DNA from: Chlamydiales bacterium
GTDB taxonomy: Bacteria > Chlamydiota > Chlamydiia > Chlamydiales > JBDQID01
DNA length: 14,652 nt
NCBI GenBank assembly: GCA_047611865.1
Contig: JBLFWS010000080.1
Location: 1 to 14,652 of the forward strand
Direction: 5' to 3'
In this document: positions 1 to 7,596 of the stretch, piece after piece
Layout of the letters: each line of letters begins with the position of its first letter
Position numbering within the stretch: the first letter of the stretch is position 1
Position numbers and translations under genes: made by a program
The notes under the pieces: model-generated
Databases searched by the model: none
Told to the model about the DNA's origin: nothing
Seen by the model: the letters and a program-made list of their open reading frames with translations, nothing else

Positions 1-352
1 CTTCAAGAACAGGTAGCTTAAGCATAGCTTTACTTTTCTCGATTTAGCCTTCGCAATTTTGGCAATTAGACATATTCTAACGGCATGATCCCACAACCCT
101 TTTTGTTACCTAAAAAATCCTCTTTCTGAACCATCCCAAATTTCCTATCCATAAATGACTGTAAATTCTTTCAAAGCAGTATGAATTCTCCCCCATAAAC
201 AAAATAACCACAACGGCAATCTCTAAGTGAATACAAGTACAAACAAATTTTCAAATGAACCACCTGTGAATTCAGGCAAAGGATTTGAAAATACTCATAC
301 GAGCTTATCTTGCTAAGTTTTTAGGATTAATTTATGTGAGAAAATGAAAGAG

Positions 353-426
<74 letters not shown>

Positions 427-482
427 AACTTGAAAACAGCCACGATAGTACAGAGAAGACTTTTAAGGCAACGCTTATTTAA

Positions 483-2546
483 TTATGGTGAAATTTCCTT
501 CGTTTTTAGAGCGTAGTTATCGTTCCGGTCACGGTAGGCCGGCTCTAGAACTATCATATCCTTGATGATATTAACAGCCTCGGCCATTTGAAGATCTTCG
601 ACACCAGAGTTTTCTTCATCGGTATCTCCTTGCTCAGAAGCCACTTCTGCATCATCACCATACTCTTTTAGGAAATGCATGAAATTTTTATTATCCCCGA
701 TACGTTTTTCACTATTCTTTCTGAGATCAGGAATCATGCTTCTCCAGATCTCGACCTTTTTTTGAAGACTTGGCATATAGTATTTTTTATACCAACGTTT
801 GGAATCCCAATCGAGATCAGCTAAAAGGTCATCGTATGTCGGACTAATTTCATCACTCGGTAATGGATAATCAAGATGCTTTTCGCCCATTTCCCTGTGA
901 TAATATTTTGTAGGTACGACGATATCAGCCGCTACCCCTTCGATCTGAGTGGACTTGCCGGATACTGTATAGTATCTTCCTACAGTTACCTTAAAGAAAG
1001 CCCAGGAGTTCTTATTTGTTACAGTTTGGTGTTGAATGGAACCTTTACCATATGTGTGCTCATCTCCAACGACAATAGCTGCGCCATAGTCCTGTAAGGT
1101 TTGAGCTACAATTTCTGCTGCAGATGCAGAAGATTTTGAGGTGAGAATCACCAGAGGCTTGTCGAAGTAGGAATATCCATCTACATCCCGAAAAAACTTA
1201 CTCTCACCATCCGAATACTTAGCCACCACCACCACACCATTTGTGATAAACAATCCAGCAACTTTTACCGCCTGCATCAGAAAGCCACCAAGATTCTCCC
1301 GAAGGTCAAGGACTATACCTTTGAGCTCTCCATCCATTTGTAAATCTCTAATAGCCTTCCGAACGTCCAGTTCGCTGCTCACATTATCTTCACCATCGTA
1401 GAAAGAATGTAGAGTTATTTTTCCAATAATACCGTCACCAAAAGCTTCATGAGTAACATCCACCCTCTTTTCGTCCAACACCACTTTTCCCCTAACAAGC
1501 TCCACATTAACCACTTGTGCTAACTGACCATTGCTTTCTGAATCTAATCGCTGAAGACCAAGCGTTACAATAGACCCCCCTTCACCCCTGATCATTTCCA
1601 GGACTTTTTTAAATGGATAATTACTCACATGCTCACCATCAACCGAAACAATTTTATCATTAATAAGAACTGTGCCACTTTTTTCTGCTGGGCCGCCTTT
1701 TATCAGTCGTGTGATGGTGACGCCATCAACTCTTTCCTGTAAAATCACTCCAATCCCCTGAAATCCTTTTTCCAGTTGTACTCTCATGTCATAGGCTTCT
1801 TCAGTACTAAAGAAAGATGTGTGCGAGTCAAGGCTTTTGGCTAGTGCTTTCAAAATCTTCAAAACCAGAAGATGTTCTGTCTCTTCTTTTTCTAAATTAT
1901 TCCCCGTAAGATCTCTAAATAGGTAGCTTTCTTCCTGAGACCTTATACGCTTATCGTAAAGGTCAAACATGCGGTTTTCTAATTCTCCCTTGGAAAGGTT
2001 AGGAGAGTTCATCTCTTCAATCTGTGATTGATAAAAATTTAGCAAATGACTTCTCTGTCTCTTTTTCAGCTCTTTTCTAGAGTCCGCCCAACCTTTATTG
2101 TCTAAGAACTCATCAGTTTCCGAACTTAGAGCTTCCTTAGCAATCTCGCTAATTTCTGCTTTGAACTCCAAGCGCCACCTTCTAGCCCGAAGGATCGCTT
2201 GTTGAATATCAACGTTCAAGTCTTCGTACTTAGAAACCACTGTATCGCTGTAATACTCTCTCTGTATATCTTGGAGCACGTCCTCACTAATATTTAGATA
2301 GGGTACTACCTCTTCATTAGTAAAATACATGTTATCTATATCGAAATGTTTCAAATATACTTTGAATGAACGCTCAAAAACCACTGGACTCATTTCGTTA
2401 TAATCAACGTGATACTCAAGAAGCCGCTCCATGACTTTGCGAACATCAGGCCTACTCAAAAGGTCTGTTTCTGCAAAATATTGTATTGGAGTAATTAATA
2501 AGACAACGGTGGATAACACATAAACAAGAGTTTTGCGTACATTCAT
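483..2546 (-). CDS. tsp: Tail-specific / carboxyl-terminal processing protease (peptidase S41A with PDZ domain), exported
   Basis: N-terminal signal-like segment; DSHTSF motif; PDZ domain (FQGIGV...GGPAEKSG...DKIVSVDG); LDLRENLGG; catalytic Ser in SASAAE and Lys in TYGKGS. Confidence 0.95.
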   Translation of the reverse strand: MNVRKTLVYVLSTVVLLITPIQYFAETDLLSRPDVRKVMERLLEYHVDYNEMSPVVFERSFKVYLKHFDIDNMYFTNEEVVPYLNISEDVLQDIQREYYSDTVVSKYEDLNVDIQQAILRARRWRLEFKAEISEIAKEALSSETDEFLDNKGWADSRKELKKRQRSHLLNFYQSQIEEMNSPNLSKGELENRMFDLYDKRIRSQEESYLFRDLTGNNLEKEETEHLLVLKILKALAKSLDSHTSFFSTEEAYDMRVQLEKGFQGIGVILQERVDGVTITRLIKGGPAEKSGTVLINDKIVSVDGEHVSNYPFKKVLEMIRGEGGSIVTLGLQRLDSESNGQLAQVVNVELVRGKVVLDEKRVDVTHEAFGDGIIGKITLHSFYDGEDNVSSELDVRKAIRDLQMDGELKGIVLDLRENLGGFLMQAVKVAGLFITNGVVVVAKYSDGESKFFRDVDGYSYFDKPLVILTSKSSASAAEIVAQTLQDYGAAIVVGDEHTYGKGSIQHQTVTNKNSWAFFKVTVGRYYTVSGKSTQIEGVAADIVVPTKYYHREMGEKHLDYPLPSDEISPTYDDLLADLDWDSKRWYKKYYMPSLQKKVEIWRSMIPDLRKNSEKRIGDNKNFMHFLKEYGDDAEVASEQGDTDEENSGVEDLQMAEAVNIIKDMIVLEPAYRDRNDNYALKTKEISP

Positions 2547-2845
2547 ATAAGGACCCTTTATAAATTAATGGAGAAGAAAATTGTTTATGTCATTAAAAGA
2601 CAAGTATGCCTTCAAGTAATGTTTTTAAACCCTTCTCCTTTATTGTTAGTTAACAAAAACATCGGTTTTTATTAACACAAAGGCAACTCCCCTACAAAGA
2701 TTATAATGCTTAGTTTATTAAAGTTCAAATACTTACTTACTACTTATAATTAGATGTATTACTCTATTCAAGTACGGATAGCCCCAATTGATTTATCGGA
2801 ACATTTAGAATTCCATTAACCCGGAGACTCGTAAACCTTCACCCC

Positions 2846-2874
2846 TTGACTATTTAAACTTAATTCCTTAAGAT
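2846..2874 (+). promoter_or_regulatory. Sigma70/sigma66-type promoter for the cysJ-like gene
   Basis: TTGACT (2846-2851), 17-nt spacer, TAAGAT (2869-2874), about 50 nt upstream of ATG 2925. Confidence 0.7.
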
Positions 2875-2914
2875 TCTTTGTAAGAATTTTTTTCTTACAA
2901 AAATCTTGCAAAGA
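2870..2914. promoter_or_regulatory. Dyad plus tandem half-site over the -10/+1 region, candidate operator
   Basis: TTTGTAAGAA (2877-2886)-N5-TTCTTACAAA (2892-2901) is a perfect inverted repeat. A further half-site TCTTGCAAAGA lies at 2904-2914. Confidence 0.5.
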
Positions 2915-2924
2915 GAGAAGGGAC

Positions 2925-4067
2925 ATGACCTACACACGCACAAACCCCTATTTTGCTTCCATTTCAGAGCGTTTTTGTCTGAGTAAAGCTGGATCCAAAA
3001 AAGACACACAACATGTAGTTCTAAACATCAGTAATTCAGGGATTCGTTACGAAGTGGGTGATTCCGTCGGAGTTCTACCATCGAACGACCCAGAGACCGT
3101 CAAAAAGACCCTTCAAGCCATGCAAGCTTCAGCTGAGGACGAGATCTTAAATCAAAAAACTGGAGAAAAGCTAGCGCTACAGAACTTTTTGAATCGTCAT
3201 GCAAATATCTCCGATATCAGCAAAAGTCTCATAAAAGACGTCATTGAAAGACAAACGAATCCCGAAAAAAAAGAAAAGCTGGCTTCTCTACTTGAAAAAG
3301 ACAATAAATCCACTTTAAAAGAGTACATGGAATCTCATGAACTTTGGGACTTTCTCGGGGAAAATCAAGAAGGTCTTCCTTCTCCTCAAGAAATCTGCGA
3401 CAGATTGCGAGGACTTATCCCCCGCCTATATTCTATTGCTTCCTCTATGAAATTTGTCGGGGACCAAATCCACCTGACGATCGCGAAAGTCATATATCAG
3501 ACAAACGGCTTCACGCGCAGAGGCATTGCAACAAACTACCTATGCGATCTAGCCCCACTTAACAATCAAAGCGTTCCTATTTACATACAAAAAACCAATG
3601 ACTTTAGACTTCCGGAAAATCCAGAAACCCCTCTTATCATGGTAGGCCCAGGAACAGGAATTGCTCCTTTTAGAGCATTTATGCAAGAACGAGTAACGAC
3701 AAAAGCCCCTGGAAAAAACTGGTTATTTTTTGGTGAATGGAATCAAAGCTACGACTTTTTCTACGAAGACTACTGGACAAAACTCCAGCAAGAAAAACTC
3801 TTAAAACTTAGTGCTGCTTTTTCCCGGGATCAAGAACACAAAATCTACGTTCAGCATAAGATGGAAGAAAATGCTTCCGACTTATGGCATTGGCTAGAAC
3901 AAGGTGCCCACTTTTACGTCTGTGGAGACTCTACATATATGGCAAAAGATGTCGACCAAACCTTGCACAAAATTGTTGAGCAAGAAGGTAAAATGAGTCC
4001 CATTGATACAAAAGCCTACATAAAACAAATGAAAGCCGACAAACGTTATCTACGTGATGTGTACTGA
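2925..4067 (+). CDS. cysJ: CysJ-like FAD/NADPH-binding reductase lacking the N-terminal flavodoxin domain
   Basis: Motifs PRLYSIASS, MVGPGTGIAPFRAF, WLFFG, AFSRDQ..KIYVQH, YVCGD and C-terminal RYLRDVY. At 380 aa it starts directly at the FAD domain. Confidence 0.88.
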   Translation: MTYTRTNPYFASISERFCLSKAGSKKDTQHVVLNISNSGIRYEVGDSVGVLPSNDPETVKKTLQAMQASAEDEILNQKTGEKLALQNFLNRHANISDISKSLIKDVIERQTNPEKKEKLASLLEKDNKSTLKEYMESHELWDFLGENQEGLPSPQEICDRLRGLIPRLYSIASSMKFVGDQIHLTIAKVIYQTNGFTRRGIATNYLCDLAPLNNQSVPIYIQKTNDFRLPENPETPLIMVGPGTGIAPFRAFMQERVTTKAPGKNWLFFGEWNQSYDFFYEDYWTKLQQEKLLKLSAAFSRDQEHKIYVQHKMEENASDLWHWLEQGAHFYVCGDSTYMAKDVDQTLHKIVEQEGKMSPIDTKAYIKQMKADKRYLRDVY

Positions 4068-4125
4068 TACCCCGATTCGCGACTTGGAAATTTTAACAAT
4101 TGCCAAGCAATAAGATTTTGTTGAT

Positions 4126-4258
4126 TATACCACGCTCGGCCACAAACTTACATTTCTGGCGCGAGATTTTTTCGGTTGGCTAAGCGTGGAGATCGAACGC
4201 AACGCCAGACGGAAAAAGATCATGGCAGAAGTGTAACTTTGTGGCCGAGCGTGGTATA
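4126..4258. mobile_element. ERIC/RUP-like palindromic miniature element (MITE), 133 bp
   Basis: Perfect 22-bp terminal inverted repeat TTATACCACGCTCGGCCACAAA (4125-4146) / TTTGTGGCCGAGCGTGGTATAA (4238-4259). Imperfect pairing continues to the centre. TA at both ends and no transposase. Confidence 0.8.
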
Positions 4259-4260
4259 AC

Positions 4261-4743
4261 TTATCCTTCCATGCTTGTTACTATACAAAAGGCTTGGACT
4301 CCGTCACCGCAACCAAAATCTGTTAGTCCTTCTCCACTGGTAGCTGTAACACCTACTTGGCTAACATCCAGATTCATAATTCGTGCTATATTTTCGCGCA
4401 TTTCCAGAATAAGATCTTTAAACTTAGGTTTTTTCGCTTCTATAGAGACGGCTACGTGGCTAATTTTTTGCTTACCCAAAGTCCCCATAGCTTTTTTTAG
4501 ATAGACTTCGCTATCTGTAATTCCATCTTTCAAACAAAGTTCGTCAGCAATCCCACCTAAAATGAGTACTCCCGTTAGAGAGGTTATCGCATTACAAATT
4601 GCGTGAATAACCACATCGCCATCAGAATTTGCTGAAAGTCCTGGGGCATCTTCAAATATCAAACCACCTATGACACATGGCTTGGACGAGTCGGCAGGGA
4701 GGAAGCGATGGCTATCCTGACCCATTCCCGTTCTCACTATCAT
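4261..4743 (-). CDS. ispF: 2-C-methyl-D-erythritol 2,4-cyclodiphosphate synthase
   Basis: GMGQDSH (Asp/His Zn ligands), [10 protein letters not shown] and C-terminal ATSGEGL..G.GDG. RBS AGGAGAA upstream. The N-for-H variant of the HSDGD motif is, as I recall, the chlamydial form. Confidence 0.95.
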   Translation of the reverse strand: MIVRTGMGQDSHRFLPADSSKPCVIGGLIFEDAPGLSANSDGDVVIHAICNAITSLTGVLILGGIADELCLKDGITDSEVYLKKAMGTLGKQKISHVAVSIEAKKPKFKDLILEMRENIARIMNLDVSQVGVTATSGEGLTDFGCGDGVQAFCIVTSMEG

Positions 4744-4779
4744 TTCTTCTCCTAATGTAATGAACTTGCTACTCTAAGG

Positions 4780-4807
4780 AGTATATAGGTTTATTAGCAT
4801 ATTGCAA
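4780..4807 (-). promoter_or_regulatory. Probable sigma70-type promoter for ispF
   Basis: On the minus strand: TTGCAA (4807-4802), 16-nt spacer, TATACT (4785-4780). Confidence 0.5.
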
Positions 4808-4841
4808 GCATGTCTTTTACCAATTACCCCTGTAAACCAAG

Positions 4842-5963
4842 ATGAAAACACTTTTTATAGCTAACACTGATTTTGAATTCGAGCTTACTCGAAAGCAAAC
4901 CCTGGGTCTAAAACAAGCACTAGAACAAAGCCCTCTCACAATGCAGCTTCAGTTTCTTCCTCTAATATATTTACCCGAAGAAGATGCTGTTGGCCTTACA
5001 ATGCTCCCGAATCCTTCCTATTTAAGTTACCTAGAAGTTGTCCGTGGCTCCCCATTACCCCGACTCTATTGTTTTGACGAGATTACGACAAAATCCCCAA
5101 TTCATCAGGTCAAATCATGGGGACACTCTCTCCAGGTCACCAAATGGTCCCAAAAAAATCACCTCACCTATCAAATGCCAGCTTGGGATTGTATCGTCAA
5201 AGTCAACAGCAAAGCTTTTTCTTTTGAGATATCTCCAAAGCTTCCGGGTGCCAAGCTCCTGAAAAGTTTTGAAGAACTTAATGATTGGATCTCTGAAAGC
5301 CCTTCTACAAAAGTCATAAAAGGATGCTTTGGTGTTGCAGGACGAGAAAATTTCATTCTCGAATCTCCTGAAAACAAAGCGAGTAAGCAACTATCTTCTT
5401 TTTTACATAGCCAATGGAAAAAAGGTTTACCCGTTATAGGAGAACCTTGGATGGATCGACAGTTAGACTTTAGTACGCAATGGGAAATAACACCCGCGGG
5501 AGATATCCATTACTTGGGAGCAACGGTAATGGAAAATGATTCAGAAGGACATTACATTAAAACAATTACTGGCCCTGAAGAAGTCGTCTTCTCTAAGGTT
5601 TTTTGGGCATTAGAAAAACAAAAGGAATTCTCTTACAAAATCCTAGAAAGAATTAAAGGTGAAGGATTCTTCGGCAACATAGGTATAGATGCAATGCTCT
5701 ACAATCTCCCCTGTTGCCAAGACGAAACCCGCCTTCACCCTGTAGTAGAAATAAATGCCAGACAAACAATGGGTTATATTGCCCTCTGCTTTCAAAAGCT
5801 TCGATATCCTGAAAATTGTGTTTGTTTAGAATATGCTCCTAGCAATAAAATCGGTGAAAGTCTCTTACCCTCCTTCCTTCCTAAATCTGATGGGTCCACG
5901 CAAAAATTTTCCCGACAGCTTCGGTTCGAGTTAAGTAAACACCCCCCCGTAGGACTCATATAA
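4842..5963 (+). CDS. ATP-grasp fold protein of unknown specificity
   Basis: KVNSK, VIKGCFGVAGR, GEPW..R.LDFS, GNIGID and EINAR match the ATP-grasp nucleotide/metal-binding layout. Confidence 0.8.
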   Translation: MKTLFIANTDFEFELTRKQTLGLKQALEQSPLTMQLQFLPLIYLPEEDAVGLTMLPNPSYLSYLEVVRGSPLPRLYCFDEITTKSPIHQVKSWGHSLQVTKWSQKNHLTYQMPAWDCIVKVNSKAFSFEISPKLPGAKLLKSFEELNDWISESPSTKVIKGCFGVAGRENFILESPENKASKQLSSFLHSQWKKGLPVIGEPWMDRQLDFSTQWEITPAGDIHYLGATVMENDSEGHYIKTITGPEEVVFSKVFWALEKQKEFSYKILERIKGEGFFGNIGIDAMLYNLPCCQDETRLHPVVEINARQTMGYIALCFQKLRYPENCVCLEYAPSNKIGESLLPSFLPKSDGSTQKFSRQLRFELSKHPPVGLI

Positions 5964-6062
5964 AATATTGTTTTTTATTGCTCTTAAGAAAAAATTGAAC
6001 TATATAGACAGTGGTAATTAATTATACTTCCCTTACTTACACTACTACCCCCTTTTGAAATT

Positions 6063-7475
6063 ATGAATAATTCACTACAGCCGCCAGAAGCCCTGAAAAT
6101 TAAAGGCGGAGTCCCTTTAAAGGGAAGTGTAAAAGCCGCCGGCGCCAAAAACTCTATCACGAAGTTACTCGTAGCTTCACTCCTATCAGATAAGCGATGT
6201 ATTTTTCGTAACGTTCCGAATATCGGAGATGTCGAAATTACAGTTGCACTCTGCCGAGAGCTCGGGATGCGAGTAAAGTGGGACAAAGAAGCCAAGGTCA
6301 TGGAAGTTTCTACACCGGAACTTAAAACTTCTTACATTCCTCAGCGTTTTTCAGGAGCAAACCGTATTCCTATATTGATGATTGGAGCTCTTTTGGGCCG
6401 TACCAATGAAGACATCATCATCCCCACAGTAGGTGGCTGTCGTATAGGGATGCGAAGTGTAGACTTTCACATAAAGGCCCTTGAGAATTTGGGTGCCACT
6501 ATTGAATTCAGGGAAATGAAACAAGAGGGAGCCTATTTTGCTCATGCCCATAACGGACTAAACGGTAATGTTATAGACCTTCCCTATCCCTCTGTTGGAG
6601 CTACAGAAAATTCGATACTTGCTGCTGTCAGAGCACGTGGGATGACCGTAATCAATAATGCCGCCACTGAGCCTGAAGTTGTCGACCTCATACTATTTCT
6701 CCAAAAACTTGGAGCTAATATTGCTATGGATGTCAATCGACGCATCACAATCAAGGGTACACGCAAGTTTTACGAAGTGGATCACACCGTCATCCCCGAT
6801 CGCATAGAAGTTGCTTCTCTAGGTATGGCTGCTATAGGAACTAAAGGCAGAGTCTTTGTTGAAGGAGCCAAACATTTACACATGATCACATTCCTGAACA
6901 GGCTACGCGAAATTGGCGGTGGCTTTGATATCAAGAATGATGGCATCGAATTTTTCTACAATGGCCCCCTACAAAGTGGCATCCATCTGGAAACAGATGT
7001 CCACCCTGGCTTTCTCACAGACTGGCAACAGCCCTTTGTTGTTCTTCTGACACAAGCTACAGGTTCCTCAGTCATTCACGAAACGGTATACGAAAACCGC
7101 TTTGGATATACTGAAACCTTAAAAAGTATGGGTGCTGACATCGAGATCTTCAAACAATGTCTTGGCGGTAGGAATTGTCGCTTTAACAATCAGAACTTCT
7201 ATCACAGCATCATTGTTAAAGGACCAACCCCCTTACAGCCTGGAATGATCGATATTCCAGACTTAAGAGCAGGTTTTGCTTACGTTCTCGCTGCTCTTCT
7301 ACCCCCAGATACCAGCACAATCACTGGTCTCCCTTTTCTTGACAGAGGCTATGAGGATTTAGAAGGTAAGCTTCAAAGTCTGGGTGCTAATATCAGCAGA
7401 AATAAAGCCCCCATTATTAACAAAGATCAAAGAAAAAAAGGGAAGGAACCCAGCAGACAAACCATCATTCATTAA
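6063..7475 (+). CDS. murA: UDP-N-acetylglucosamine 1-carboxyvinyltransferase
   Basis: Motifs GAKN, GGCRIGMRSVDFH, PSVGATEN, NAATEPEV, PDRIE, PGFLTDWQ, ETVYENRF, DLRAG and DRGYE. Confidence 0.97.
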   Translation: MNNSLQPPEALKIKGGVPLKGSVKAAGAKNSITKLLVASLLSDKRCIFRNVPNIGDVEITVALCRELGMRVKWDKEAKVMEVSTPELKTSYIPQRFSGANRIPILMIGALLGRTNEDIIIPTVGGCRIGMRSVDFHIKALENLGATIEFREMKQEGAYFAHAHNGLNGNVIDLPYPSVGATENSILAAVRARGMTVINNAATEPEVVDLILFLQKLGANIAMDVNRRITIKGTRKFYEVDHTVIPDRIEVASLGMAAIGTKGRVFVEGAKHLHMITFLNRLREIGGGFDIKNDGIEFFYNGPLQSGIHLETDVHPGFLTDWQQPFVVLLTQATGSSVIHETVYENRFGYTETLKSMGADIEIFKQCLGGRNCRFNNQNFYHSIIVKGPTPLQPGMIDIPDLRAGFAYVLAALLPPDTSTITGLPFLDRGYEDLEGKLQSLGANISRNKAPIINKDQRKKGKEPSRQTIIH

Positions 7476-7488
7476 TTCCATAGCCGTT

Positions 7489-7523
7489 TATACCGAAACA
7501 AATTCTGAACTTGTTTCGGTATA
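7489..7523. repeat. 35-bp palindrome with TATACC...GGTATA ends after murA; probable terminator or mini-MITE
   Basis: TATACCGAAACAA (7489-7501) / TTGTTTCGGTATA (7511-7523) form a perfect 13-bp stem starting 14 nt after the murA stop. Confidence 0.7.
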
Positions 7524-7528
7524 CTAGC

Positions 7529-7558
7529 TTGATTTTAAATCCCTTATCGAATTAAACT
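7529..7558 (+). promoter_or_regulatory. Possible promoter for the epmB-PKS transcript
   Basis: TTGATT (7529-7534), 18-nt spacer, TAAACT (7553-7558), immediately after the hairpin. Confidence 0.35.
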
Positions 7559-7596
7559 ATCCCATCCAATATAGTTATCTATTCCCCTCGGACAAA

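Noticed and set aside
1..25. Possible start of a minus-strand gene (MLKLPVLE...) leaving the window
   Set aside because: Only eight codons are visible, which is too little to support a call.
445..471. TTGCCT-N15-TACTAT minus-strand promoter for tRNA-Phe
   Set aside because: The 15-nt spacer is atypical, and read-through from tsp could equally explain tRNA expression.
2731..2746. ACTTACTTACTACTTA short tandem repeat, with a similar run near 6032-6047
   Set aside because: Too short and low in complexity within AT-rich DNA to be distinguished from chance.
4241..4504. 87-aa plus-strand ORF starting inside the palindromic element
   Set aside because: Antisense to the well-supported ispF, with no recognisable motif.
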